From Nitrospirales bacterium (GTDB taxonomy: Bacteria > Nitrospirota > Nitrospiria > Nitrospirales > UBA8639): a stretch of 64,000 bases of DNA. Position numbers and translations under genes: made by a program. Positions within the stretch are counted from its first letter, which is position 1; each line of letters begins with the position of its first letter. Where the stretch lies: NCBI GenBank assembly GCA_965203295.1, contig CBDBCZ010000017.1, forward strand, positions 1,952,001-2,016,000, read 5' to 3'. Of this stretch, positions 39,805-53,500 are shown piece after piece. A model generated the notes under the pieces. It was given only the letters and a program-made list of their open reading frames with translations, ran no database searches and had not been told where the DNA came from.

Positions 39805-41406
39805 CTATATCTCCACAGTTAGTGTGGTTGAAGATACAGCACTATAGATCAGTGTATTGTTAAAAGGTACAAACTGGCAAGTAATTACTTTAATAACCTC
39901 TTGAGCTGCCACTCCGCCAACAAAAGCAGCTACTGAATGAATTTCTGCAGCACCATACCTACAAAATTCCGCTATTTGTTCGTCCCGAATCAACTGTACA
40001 GCTATTCCCCAGCGTTGCAATAAACTAGTCACGATAGATTTCACTTGCACTATATCTGATTCCAGAGCACCATCTTTACTGCCAGGGAAAAACTTGTACA
40101 GAGAAAAAAACTGGTCAGCAGCACGCAGTAGTACGTAATACGCCATTTCACTATCTTGGTTTTCAAGGTGCATGACGAAGTTTGTTGGGTTTGGCGTTTC
40201 GTACTCCTCAGCAATCGAACGATAGCGAAGTACCCGAAGAAAGGCACTGTTTCGGCAGAACTGCTTGATTTCTACTTCCGGTATGAAGTTAGTTGGTTTC
40301 CCAATACTCTGAAGTAGGCTACTCAAGTGGCTGGTGACTAAAGCAATATCTTCCCTCGCTTGCTCTTGATACACTTGGCTTAGTTGTATGTACATATCTG
40401 ATGAGGAGATCATGTCAGGAATTGAACCTCGCAGTGGCAGCTTTTGATCATTTTCCGTGGTAACGAATTCTCGTAGTGCTCGGGCAAGAAGCCAGAAATT
40501 GCTAGATTCCGGAGAGATGTAGATGCATTTAGGATCATCAAATATTGCTTGAACAACAGAAGGGATTCGAGTTGGGATGATGACACTGTTCACATTCTGG
40601 ATAGCTTCATCAAAGTTCTCTTCGTCTAGAGGAACCCCATCTTCATTTCTGCGGATAGATATCCTAATCATCTCTTTGAAATCACTCTTTTCTCGGTAAT
40701 TTTTGGGGATAGCGGCATCATGTGAACTTTTCCACTTTTGAAGGAACTTGTACAGCAGCACCAAATAGGGAACATTGGCATGCTTGTTGTCATCTAGTGC
40801 ATCTAGGTTGATGCTACTGACAAACTTTACCAACCCTGGGAAGGGACTATCAAGCCGCAAATCTTCATGGTAGTTATCAGGATGCGATTCGACTACCTCG
40901 TGGTCAGGTAATGCAAACCGAAGGTATCCAACAAGACCGTAAGAGCGAGCAACTAAAAGTGGGACAGAAGCCTTCCAGAGCACTTCTGCCAGCGTAAGGA
41001 GGCTCGACTCCTGCATTTCGGTTGCAATTACAATGCTAAACTGAGAAAAGAAGTTTGGATCAGTGGCCAAGATGGACTCAATTTCCTCATCAATGAAGCT
41101 ACCCTTCACACCACCATTAAGCTCGGTGAGTAGCCTCACTGCAGACTGAGCACGGGAACGACCAATAGACTCAAGTGGCAAAAAGAAGTTAGCACCCACA
41201 TCTGCAGGCGTTACTCGTTTGCTATCGAGAATCGAAAACGCTCCAATACCTGGTAGAACCAAATTCTTTACGATCTCAGTGCCAGTGGCCGACGCATTGA
41301 TCAAACACACGTGGGCAGACTCTAAGGCGGCCTGTCCATGATCTCCCCACAATCGAAGTTGCCTATCGTACCTCGTTGCCTTTTCCGACGGGGCAGTCAT
41401 CGACAT
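39805..41406 (-). CDS. NAE1: NEDD8-activating enzyme E1 regulatory subunit (APP-BP1), single exon, 533 aa
   Basis: Uninterrupted ORF with RYDRQLRLWGDHGQAALESAHVCLINASATGTEIVKNLVLPGIG, ESHPDNYHEDLRLD, LPLRGSIPDM and EFCRYGAAEIHSVAAFVGGVAAQEVIKVIT. First ATG at 41406 (alternative 41400). Confidence 0.97.
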   Translation of the reverse strand: MSMTAPSEKATRYDRQLRLWGDHGQAALESAHVCLINASATGTEIVKNLVLPGIGAFSILDSKRVTPADVGANFFLPLESIGRSRAQSAVRLLTELNGGVKGSFIDEEIESILATDPNFFSQFSIVIATEMQESSLLTLAEVLWKASVPLLVARSYGLVGYLRFALPDHEVVESHPDNYHEDLRLDSPFPGLVKFVSSINLDALDDNKHANVPYLVLLYKFLQKWKSSHDAAIPKNYREKSDFKEMIRISIRRNEDGVPLDEENFDEAIQNVNSVIIPTRIPSVVQAIFDDPKCIYISPESSNFWLLARALREFVTTENDQKLPLRGSIPDMISSSDMYIQLSQVYQEQAREDIALVTSHLSSLLQSIGKPTNFIPEVEIKQFCRNSAFLRVLRYRSIAEEYETPNPTNFVMHLENQDSEMAYYVLLRAADQFFSLYKFFPGSKDGALESDIVQVKSIVTSLLQRWGIAVQLIRDEQIAEFCRYGAAEIHSVAAFVGGVAAQEVIKVITCQFVPFNNTLIYSAVSSTTLTVEI

Positions 41407-41543
41407 CGTTTCTCTCAGGTAGTATCTCGAGCCCAAATTCTGCGTCCTCGATCTCACGGCTCACGATCACTAGTCTGTGGTCTGGGCACGAGACTCTAAG
41501 CTTACCCGCCCACTAAATTTCCAGGCGGATCCGTGCTTCAGGC
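41407..41543. promoter_or_regulatory. Very compact bidirectional promoter between NAE1 and the kinesin
   Basis: 137 bp between divergent ATGs; CpG-rich with cccgccc. Depends on the 41544 start being real. Confidence 0.5.
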
Positions 41544-44500
41544 ATGATAATAGTCTCGGGTCTGATCTGCAGATCTGGGCGCGAGGACGATTCAAATTTC
41601 GAAGACGCCGTAGAAGACCAGAGTAAGTGATGCTGCGGGCGCATTAGAGTTTGAGTCCATCATAAAAAAACGTGTATGGTTCTACCACGGATCTTCTACT
41701 ACTAGGCCTAGGCGCCTAGCGCTAGCCTACGTAGAAGCCGTGGGCTCTATACTTTCTTGTCCCACATTACATCATTTCTAATACATTTCATTGGACGAGA
41801 GCAGTAGGATATATGCACATCCTACAGTTCTATATTTCATAACTTCTAGCTACTTCATGATAGTTACGCACATGCGCAGTAGTGGGATAAGTCAGATAGA
41901 CCATGCCACAGCGGAGGATATGCAACCAAATATATCCTCCTTGGATACGGTTTTATCCCTCAGCTGTGCCTCGGGTAAACCACATCCACGGAGGATATAC
42001 AGGCCCATATCCTCTGCTGTGACATGGTCTATCCTATACATATACTAAGTCTCCGCAATATATATATTGCGGAGACTGTGGACTTAGTGGCAACAATTTG
42101 TTTTTATTTGCAGTTGCCATGGTGATCCCAATCATATACCTGCATGCTAGGTAAATTCTGCTTAGTTCACAATAATTTATTTTCTATCAGTTCATCATGT
42201 TCTAGTATTTTACTTCACTAAACGCCAATTCAATCGTGTTCAAATCTGGACTGTAGGGTGGGAGGTATATTACAAGAACACCTGCCTGTCTAAATGGCTC
42301 CTTTGCTGCAGTTGTGCAATGCAGTGCAACATTATCCAGATTAGCTACACATAAAGAAGCATATTAGGTAATGTACCACGCAGAAAGTCAAAGAAAAGTT
42401 GAATCTACTGTACTTTTAGTCATTTCAACAGCTACCACTCCATCATTTGCACTTGCTGCTGTGCAAAAAACGTGCCCTCTATGAAAAAATCTGGTGTGGG
42501 TAGGAGTAATTATCTCTTACACCCCTCAGGGCATATCCGGCAGCATGAATCATAGATTATCTATGCACAACTACAGTCTTTATTTTCATTGATCCATACA
42601 AGCTGGTCTGAAGAGAACATTGTCATTTCTGCCATAAATCTAGCTCTCAGTCTGGAACATCTCTGAGCTGCCACTTGCTGTATTTTTTTTCCTTGTAAGC
42701 CTGTTTTTCCGCAGAACTCGACGAATTGTTACCTCAGAGACTACAACTCCAGTAATGGTACAAACATGCTGGCAGACTTCTCAGAAGTACGTACGTACAT
42801 ACCTTGGTGCAACAGTAGCCCAACTATCAAAATCTCATGGTAATCGTCAAACACTCGCTGAGATGCTCTTGCTGGAGGTTTCCTGGCTCTCACTTCACCA
42901 GTAGAAAGAAACTTCTCCCACACATTGTGAACTGTACCTTGTGAAATATTCAAATTCTTGGCTATGTCTCTGTATGATTTCTCACCAGTAAGCTTTCTGC
43001 CACATAACCCTCCATCGCAGGTCTCCTGAATAGGCTGTTGTCCGTGCTGTCTCTACACTGAATGCCATGTTGCACGTGCTGTATATAAATGCTGGCTGGT
43101 ACCAATTCAAAAGTCGCACGAGTAGACCTGTTTCTCTGTTCACTGCTTTCCCTCCTCACTCAAAATTTTGGGACTGCAATTGGCTCGTAAACATACATGT
43201 ATTCGTGTACTCCAGAACATATATAGTCCTGTGAGACCCTGGTCCCATATTGTCAGAGCTGATGCAAAGCGCTTAGAAGTGTGATGTGCTCTATAATAAT
43301 TGTACATGTACATTTGATGAACATGTATGGACTCTTCCTATTGCAAATGTGACAATGATGGTCTTTGGGAGGAAATTCACAGTATCAGTTCCCAGTACGA
43401 AAGCCTGATGCTATTGTGTTTGCATTGCATGCAGTTTGTCCTGATGCCCAGGAGGAATGTGAGACTCTTCTAGCTCTCTAGTATCTCAGCCAACTTCGCA
43501 TAGTATTGTCATGCCTCAGAATTTTTGACACACCTGCATGGGTGTCTATAACACCTGAAATCCCGTAGACCCCTCAGTCTCATTGTATATCCTGTATTTG
43601 TACGTACATTGCATGCACGGTGCAGGGATGTATGATGATAATCGTGATTATTTCTTGTTATTTTCTCAGCAATGTCGTTTTGTGATGGATTTTTGCGGCC
43701 CCTGGAGTATATGCCAGAAATGGCTTTGGTGAAAACCGCCGAACAGAGTCTACTGGATGAATTGGGCTTTACAGGTAATGTGCGCTACTACTGGCATCAT
43801 TCCCAGTCTCCACGGAGTTTTTTAACTTGTTAGAACAAAAAAAGCTGACAGTGCAGACTGGGAACGAGGCTATGCTACTATCACAGTACATGTGTGCATG
43901 CAAGCTTCACTTGACAGACACACACTCTGTAGCCCAAACACACTGGTACATGTTATACAGTACATAGTATAGTCCTGGCACAACAGTAGATATGAATTGG
44001 AAGCATGCCTGCTAATTTGACAACTCACTAACATGAGGCTCTCTCAAGCTAGCCAGAATACAGTATACCTTTAATGCTTAGGATATAGTAACTGCGCGCC
44101 CAAGAGATCTAGAGAGGCTACTATTCTATCCTGTGTATCCACAGAATCGGATGGAAACACTTGTACAAAAGAGAAGACTTCATCTGAAAGTGATAGTGGA
44201 GGTACGCATGTACATGTACATTAATTTGCCTAATTCCCAGGACCACACGCACACGTACACTGTACTGCACTGTAGTTACATGCAGGGCCAGTGCACGCAG
44301 AAGGGCTGGTAGGGCTTTGCATGGCCCTACCACTTTTTTGACGGGCACGTAAAAAAAGTAGCCCCGTCCTTGATACGCGAGGCTACACGTGTAGCGAATC
44401 ATCATGGGCAGCTGCTGGCACTGACTCCTTCACAAGAAAACTGTCAATATCACAAGCTAGCCCATCCTGTCCATCTGTAATGCAATTAGTATAGTACAGG

Positions 44501-47500
44501 AGAGTAGTGGAAGAGGCGGGTTCGGCGCAAATTCATCACGATTACGCCAATTCTTGATCATAGATTCATGAGAGTATTCATGTACAATTGTACATACATG
44601 AAAACTGAAAGGTATCCTAATCATTATTATGACATTCACTAGCTCTAGGCCTAAAAATAAACAAAACAGCCTTTATATCAGCCTAACCTACAGAACTATA
44701 TCTACACTACTGCAACCCCTTACACTACAATCTAGTTAAGCACATGACCTAAGCACATCCACACGGAAAAAATAGAAAGTGAAAAAATAGAAATCATGAT
44801 ATAGAAAAATAGAGAGAAGAATAGAAAGAATAGAAAGACCTCTGACTGTAACCAAGAGAACCCAGGACCCAGAAACCACCCAGCCCGTGACCGCAGAAAA
44901 TTAAAAATTTCTGAAAAGAGTTGAAAAGTTCTTTTTAAAAAATATAAAAAAGGGGACCAAATAGGTCTTCCCTCTGTTAAAAAACATTCAGGGAAAATCC
45001 AACGGTCTCGGCTTAACCATAAGGTCTTACCGAGACCAGCAGGAGCCTCCTATAAAAGTTAAAAAGCTTATGAAACTTTAAAAATTGTAAGAGCGGCCCC
45101 GAACCAAGCAGTCCCCAGCCACAACCCAGAAAAAGAAACGTTCTTAGGAAAGGTAGATCAATACCAAAAATAAAAAGCACTAAATGCCTGACCTTGAGAG
45201 TCAGGGATGGTGGGTTAAAAGAGTCTTTAACGGCGCCAACTTTCCCCACTCATTCAGTGCATGCTCCTATATTTGTAGATTGCTTCATGACCACAAGGTA
45301 TAAACCCACTTTTAGGTTTCTACTACAACTCACCCCTCCCCACACCAGTCCCCCTTGCCCTGGAAAGAAACCTCCCAACCTCTGTATCTTGAAAAACTTG
45401 AAAACTGCATCTGTACAACCTAACTAAAAACTGACTAGAAATTTAAAAAAAACTATAGACACCTGTAAAATAAAGTAATCTATGACATCACTTCCTATTC
45501 CTATCTAAAGCACCCCACTTACATGTAGCTTGTTATCTAACAGTAACCAGTCTGTGTAGTCTTCCCATGGTAGCTAGAGGCAGTGGTATACTATCTTTAA
45601 TATGTTGTTTAAGTAACACCCCAAATTTACCAAAGATATCTATTACTAAACCTTTTGAAATATGAATAATTGGTCGTACCGTATAGCTGGAAAATTTGGC
45701 GAGGACTTTAATTTGGCGGTTTGGCGAATCGTAAAAAATCGCCAAATTAAATTCTCGCCAAATAAAATTCTCACGCATTATGTAATACGTAACACCCACA
45801 CGCGCATTCAGCTACAAGAAATAAGTTGTTCCCACTGCACGTACGTGTTTCCTCTCTGTCCGGGAAGGATATCGAACTCGCGAACAAAGCTGTAAAGCGC
45901 TCTCTATCTGGAGACTTGAAGCCTGTCACACGGTTACCTCGAGGCAAGTATAACAGTAACACACGCAAGAAAGCAGAGAAAGGGCACAAATTGGAAAGTA
46001 TTCCACTGACAACGGAGCGACAAAGGCTGCTACACACTTTTTGAAGCTTCTGGATAGTAAGATCGGCGAATCCAACGTCTCCATAATTTGTCGAGCTCAG
46101 TGACAAAAACTTTACATGTTCAGCAGCGTTGCACGTTGTGCGCCTAGGATTACGTAATTACGTCATAGCCTTTGCCGTACACAATCGCCAAATTTAAATT
46201 TCGCCAATATTTAATTTTAGCTGTTTTTGGCGATTTCGCCAAATTTAATTCTCGCCAATTTTTCCGGCTATACGGTACTTGTAGTCTAGTAGTCGACTAG
46301 TAGTATATGATGTCTATTCTTAAAATCTTCATACTGGCCACATATTCTACCTATGTACATATATAACATATTCATTAAGTTTTCTACGAGCCAAGTTATC
46401 ACAATCATGTCATATGTACTAGTTTTCCACAAAAGAACATTGACCAGTTTTGGCCGGGCCCAGAATGGCTGAAAAGTGATCTCAGTACATAGAAGTTAAG
46501 AAAATTCCGAGGGGGGGGATGCCCGGGCCCCAGACCCCCCTAACATCTCCTGTTTTTTTTGTTCAAAAATCAGGGTGCACTACATGTGCATGTACATGTA
46601 GCATCTTTCATGAATTGTATCTAGTATTATGTACACGTAAAGTGTTATATATAACCGTCACTGTAATGGAATTGGCATGTGAAAGTGTAGCTAGAGTAGC
46701 TAGAGCACAACTTAAAGACAATTAAAGCTGGTTCTGATGATTTTCAAACTTGCAATTGCTTTTTTATTGCAGAGCCCATGGCCAAACGCCACAGTGCTTC
46801 ATCTCCTATGTACTCTGGATCCTTGCAGAATGAAATACAAGATCTTAAACAGATGTTGAAGGTATGTAAGGTGTCAAAATGTATTCTCTAATTCTGTCCC
46901 AATAAGGGCTATCATACGTACTATAGCCTCGTAAATTCCATATAAGGTGTATTACTCATATTGTACACACCTAAGGCATTCTAACCAGTCTGATTACAGC
47001 ATTGCAGGTAGCTACATGTATTTGGTCTGGATACTTGTAGCATGGCAGCCATATGGTTTACCAGCCTGAAACCGTCTCGTGTATTACTGGTAAACCGTCT
47101 AGTGAGTGGTTAACTTATCACCAGGAAACAATATCTTCTGATTGCTTATATGAAGCAGTGGCTGGGGGAGCCTGCACAGAATGTATGGCAGGCTACTGCT
47201 TTCACTTTATTGTGTCTGTATATATGGTAATGCTACCAGCCTACCGTTTTGTGCCAAATAGCGCTACATGTAGTCTCGGGCAAGATGGCTAGCTACTGTG
47301 GCTCTTAGCTGTAGTTCTGTCTTACTACAGTTTCTGGGAGTATTTTGCCAGTTGTAGCTAGTATTTCGTGTCCTCACATCCGTTGTGATATTAATGTACT
47401 GTGTTGTGCTAAATTATAGTGCCTTTTGAGCTTCATGCTTGTTCTGAAGACCTGCCAATTCTTATCAGAATAACTTGAGCATGGTAAAAGATAAATAGAT

Positions 47501-50500
47501 TGCTGTGTAGCGAGTGAACCGCCCGTTATCTACAGTTATCCCCCATGGGTCACACACCCTTCTACGCAGGGATCTAATTGCGAAAGATAGAACTACATGT
47601 ATGTAACACTCAGAAGTACATGTAGTGTGTATGTTATACCCGGCTGTCGAGATACGTGTACATGCATTCTTACGGCTGTCTGCTTTATGTAGGCTATAAT
47701 CCATCCTTGTTCCCACTCTCTATTGTGTGGCCATATTGTATTGCATAAAGCGTGGAACGGAGATTGGGAAGGAGGCTAGCCAACTAAACCATGTACCATG
47801 CATCTCACTACTAAGCATTATGCTATAAGCCACAATGTGTATATCAATTCTAGACACAACAACACTTTAGCTTCGTTCCCAGGCCCTCCTCAAAAAGAAA
47901 AAGAAACAATCGTATTACAAGCGACAAAATCTGTATGGAGGCCTGGGAACAAGGCTATCTCCAATTTGTGCAGAGCCATGCAACCATACAAATCCAGAAT
48001 GGTGGCCATTACTCTTCTGTTTCTTGGATTTAGTGTGCCAGTGGTACTCGTTAAGGTTAGCTAGGCCCTACCAGAAGTAGTCTTGTACCCAGCCCCACGT
48101 TAGAAACGTGGGTCTGGCTCCCCGTATATTCAAAGTTGGGGCAGCATTACGTCAGTGGTCCCAGATCTGGACCGGCAATGTGATTGGTTACTTATAGTAT
48201 TACATCACTAAACGGTTGCAGTATCCGGATATCCACACAAGTGGCCACGTGGACATAATCCGTTTGGTGGTGTAATATGATGTAACACTAACCCAACTCT
48301 GAATATACGGGGAGCCAGACCCACCTTTCTAACGTGGGGCTGGGCACGAGACTATACCAGAAGTTGAGAAATAATGATCATGTGTGGCTTTGATGCTCAT
48401 AGCTCGACAACATGGCAATAGAAGCCCACAAAAATCTATGCAGAGCTAAAGTATGAAGACTGGAGAAAAAGCCGAGGAACAAGAATTTTATTGATGTGCA
48501 GTCCTTCCACTATACAGGTCCTGGTGCTACATACATTCGCTTTAAATTACATGTGCATATACATGCTCGAAACACATTCGTAGTAAATCCTTCCAAATGC
48601 AAGAGACAGATGCTGCTGAAGCCATGGCTGTATCTGTATGGTATATAGTGCATTTCCAGATATCAAGAATATAGACTTTTCGTTAGTGAGTAACAACCGC
48701 CATTCTGGACTTGGATAAAGTCGGCTCGATTATGTTCTGGAGGCTGTGTAGACAAGAAGTCTTTGTTCTTGATGTCTGGACATGTAGACCTCTTGGAAGC
48801 TTTACTATTATAACTGTTATACTAAAGCTTCCAAGGGGCCTACCTGTACGTAATAAAACTGTTATGCTAAAGCTTCCAAGGGGTCTAGTGAGCTGTTCAA
48901 ACATCTAGAACATGAGTTACTCGTAAATGTACGTAGTTATTGTGCACTCATAGTACCTCTATGTAATATTTCCTATAATATGGCAAACTGTCCAATATCA
49001 CTTGATATTGGACTTGATAAACAGGCCATTTAGAGCCTTGGGTGGTGTGTATGTAAATTTTTGATTGGATGGATAGCCGTCCAATATCACTGGACATTGG
49101 ACTAGTCTTGCTTGTATTTGTCTCGTCCTACAGACTTGCTCAAATACAACACAGACTCGTCCAATATCCAGTGATATTGGACGGCTATCCATCCAATCAA
49201 AAATATGTCTGCCTCTTAAATGTAGGACTGATTTAGCCTCCTTCCCAGTCCTTCCCACCCCAGCTTTTTTCTGCTGCAGGATAAAAGCTGGGGCGGGAAG
49301 GACTGGGAACGTGGCTAGGTCTGCTTAGCAGTTGCTGCTAATCAAACCTACATTTATACGAGTAGCTTGTGCATCCTGGGAGATACCGTGACAGATTTTG
49401 CACTCACTACATATCACAACATCGTCCTTTTCCTTGAGTACCGGATGATGTGGACAGAGTCATCACTTCCGGTTGGGCCTAACCTAAAGCAGCATAGCCT
49501 ATATTTCTCCTGTCTCCCACACTTAACTTCATAATGGATATCTTTTTCAGGACACTCAACGCAGACTTCGAAGTGCTCAGAGTAATCTAGCTGAATCGAA
49601 ACATACCAAAGATCGTAGTTTGAAGATTGTACAGAAAACCCACCAGTCAGCAATTGCTCTGAAACAGGCCCTCATCCAGGAACTACAGGACATCATCTGT
49701 GAGAAGGATGAATACATTGAGAAACTTGAGGAAAGGCATAAACACGGCAATTCATTTGCATCTCCACAAAGGTGTTCCAAGGTACATTCATGGTACATGT
49801 ACACTGTATACATATATATTTAGTTGCAGTTGCATGTATACATACGTTGTACATATATCTATGGAATAGGCTGACCATGGCATACATGCAGCTGAAGGTA
49901 TGCATCAAAGTGCAGTGTAGTTCTGAGGGCTTACTAGCAGCAGTCTCATGCAATCACAGCAGTTTTGCTTCTGCTTTAGCTGAACTTGCAGCTTAGGGAT
50001 ATTTTACATAATGTACGCACTAAAAATTTAAAATCGGCTAGATTTACCTTGATAATTTGTTCTAATTACTTGCTATTGCTCAGTCTGGCACTTTGAAAAG
50101 ATTGGTTGAAGAAATTTCAAAGCTGCATAAAGTGAATGCTTCCCTACAAATGAAGTACGAAGATTCTGAGGACGAGCTACAGCAACTGAAAGCAACAAAG
50201 GAGCATTTGCAAGACAATGAGTTTTTGGCTCAGGACATTCCACCACAGGTGAGTATGAGGTATCGTGCTTATACTGCCCTGCAAGGACTAATCATAAGTA
50301 CACATTCTTGTGACAAGTTATTGGATGGTGGACTAGCATAGACAATAGTCTGATACTAGGCTGGTAACCTTAAAGGTGAGAGTTTACACTGCAATTATTG
50401 AGTGAGGACGCTTGTTTTTACTATGTTTAACCACCAAAGAGGAAGCTGCTTGTGGCAGAGTGGGTAAGCCCTAGCCTTGAAACCAGCCGTCCCTGCTTTT

Positions 50501-53500
50501 TTTTTCGCTTGAATCTCTTCCTGCAACTAGTGCAAAAAAGCAGGGACGGCTGAGTCCAAGGCCAGGTGTTTGAACGTCTAGATTGCTGGTTTGACTCCTA
50601 CCATGAGCACCCTTTTCATAACTCATTAATTGTTTATGATGTTGCCAAAAGGCTATAGGGTTAAATTTATTTAAGTTAGTTACATGTAGTTGAGACAGTT
50701 CCTATGTATAGCAGTGTTCTAGCCAGAGACAATTGCAAAAAGTGGTGCTTTCTCAGAGATCAAAGCATAGCTGTGGTTTAATTACATTCTTTCAACCACA
50801 TCAAAAGAAAATTGCATACCTAAAAACAGTGGAGCACCGCTCTTCCGCTCTTTAGCTAGAACACTGTATAGGCTTCCCTGCACTGAACTTTATTTGAGAT
50901 GAAGTGCAGCTGGGCATTTTATGGAGCAGATCAGACCAACAGATCAGCTTTCTCATGTGATTACAAAGTACATATACTGTGGCACAAAGGAGTCTTCAAC
51001 TAATGCTGGTTCCAAAGATGTAAGCACTATATACGTATGTACACTATATAGCGTCTGAGACCAATCACAACTAGCCTCATTCCCAGGCCATTGCTTTGTT
51101 TGGCTGCACGAAGGTTATACAGAAATCTAGTATTCAGTCGCGAGTACAAAGCCAGCTATAGAACAGTGGTGGAACAGTAGTGGTACATGTATATGTAGTA
51201 CATGCAGCCAAGCACAGCTGCAGTTCTTGGACATCGAGGGAAGGTAGCAAATCTACACTTCTTCTTTACAGTCAATTTGTCTCAGACCTAGCATTGAAAT
51301 TAAGTCTCTGGTACAATGTAGGGAAACAGCCGGCCATCTTTTGAATTAGTCGCTATACTCACACATATTTAAAAAGCACTTTGCCAAAAAGTGCAAAACA
51401 AGTCATGTAGGGATGCACTTCCACCAAAAAACACTTCCCCAAAAACCAATGAAACAATTCCTAGTACGCGATATACGTAAGTCTGCGAAAAGGTGCGGTT
51501 TGCCGCGTAATTTTATGGTTTACGCGCTGGTGTCGGGGTGTGGTCGCGCTATTCTGTACTTTTGCGCAGCATTTTTTACCCGGGATATAAGCGACAATGC
51601 ACACCGCAATGCATGCTCAGACTACCCACACATCATATCTCAATACATTTACCGTGTATAGCCACCATCTCTACGTCTTTCCAACCACACTCACCACAAA
51701 CATGTATATATGTGAATAGTGGTAGTGTAATTTGGTGTGTGTATTGCTAATGACTGAGTATGCTGGTGGTTGTGGTAGGCTAGCTGAAAATGTTGATTGT
51801 GCAAGTACATGTTGGACTAGTGAGTCATTGAGGGTGGAGTTATATATGGTGTTTGCATAGGGACTTTGGTAGTGTTTGGTTACGCGTGGATGAGTGTTAT
51901 AAAGTTTTGTGAGTGTGTTGTGAGATGTTTTGTGTGTGCAGGTTCTTTGTAGGGAGGTCTATGTGGGTGTGTTTGGTAAAGTGTACTAGATTGAGTGTTG
52001 TCAACTTTTTGTTGTATGGTGGTTGATGTGGGTTGTGTTTGTTGTGCGTGTTGGTGGCAGTGCGGCGTTGTGAGTAATTGTTCTGCTTGGTTTGTGCTTG
52101 TGAATGTGGGATTTGTGGAGCGAAGTGCATTTTGTTGGGAGTATAGTGTTCCTGTGAAGGTTTGGGTTCATTGTAGTGTGGGGTGTTGTGTTTTGTGATG
52201 TAATGATTGTGGATAAGGATGTAAGGGTGGTTGTCAGATGGAGACGAGGTGTCATGGTGGATGATAGTGGATGGTTGTGTGTGTTGAAGGAAGTATTCGG
52301 TGTGCTGTTGAGTATGGGGGCGTGGTACGGATTGTGGTGGGTGTGGTTGGAAAGATGTAGGGATGGTAGCTACGCGGTAAATGCATTGTGCTGTGATGTG
52401 TGGGTAGTCTGTGCAGTAGTAATAGAATTCCACACCATCATATTTTATTCGGTATGTCAATGTTTCTGGGTTAAAATCGAGGATTTCTCCATCCCATTCT
52501 TTTATACTGTTAGCTTCACTGAGCCATTTACGTATGTTTGATGTGACAGTCCAGTAGTACTATCTATGCTTGTATCAAAGTAGCAGCCAAGTATTTAGCT
52601 ACAAACACCTCGTGGCATTGTGCCAATTGAGTGTATGTAGTAGCTGTTTAATAGCTACATTTTCATGATTGTTGACATGAAAAGGGACCAACTCCAATCT
52701 CTCATCTTCGTCTGCTCAAAAAGGAAGCGCCCTGGCTGTTCTCCAAACACCAATGCCGTAGCGAAAGCAATCGAGAACAGGCCACAGTCATACCCCCCCG
52801 ACTGCATCTCCACGTCCATAAAGCTCACTGTGATGGTTGGTTTCTCAGTTGTGAGGAGAGTGGCAATCTGGGCTTTGGCCATTGTGGGTACGCTCATGTA
52901 CAAACTGTCAAATATTTGCACTTCTGCGTGCTTCAACCCGATGGTTGACACGGTGTTCCAGTGCCCTTGCCCTGTGTGCAGAATCTGAACGAATTCTCCT
53001 GGTTCCACGTCAAAGCTCATTGTAAGACCGCAAGCAACATCCTGAAGACCAGGAACTGCTGGATTGGCCTTCTTAATTCAGGAGCTTCTGAGCAGCATTG
53101 ATAACATCATCGTTGAGCCATGCTGTGTGGCTGAGTAGAATTTATCTATCCGGCTGCTTGAGCCCAAATTCGGGTATCCATGGCTTGTCCAATTTGGTTT
53201 GTAGTTGTCAACATCAATGGTCTCCTTCAGTTTGGAACCGGGTTCTACTCTATTTTGTCTCCGCTTGAACATCACCTCCTTTACTGATCGATTCTTGCAG
53301 CACGTCCTTGAGGGTGGCTGTGGGCAGGGTGGGTTCTCAGCTGGTGGTTGTGGGTTATCTGGGCGGGGTGGACGCTCAGGCGGCAGTGGGCAGGGTGGAT
53401 GCTCAGCTGGCTGTGGGCAGGATGGGTACTTAGGTGGCTGTGGGTGGGTGGGGTTCTCAGCTGGCTGTGGGCAAGAAGAGGCATTCTCCGTGATACATCC

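Noticed and set aside
41407..41457. 17-aa N-terminal extension of NAE1 in the ORF track
   Set aside because: It begins at a non-ATG codon; the first ATG is at 41406 and gives the expected length.
51413..51661. Faint resemblance of [16 protein letters not shown] to ribosomal protein S26
   Set aside because: It lies inside the CA-rich repeat, is split by an insertion, and lacks the S26 cysteines and remaining sequence.
53300..53480. Repeat array gctggctgtgggcag.. resembling CRISPR spacing
   Set aside because: It is a degenerate coding minisatellite in the Pro-rich linker of the Ginger-type ORF, with no unique spacers or cas genes, in a eukaryotic context.
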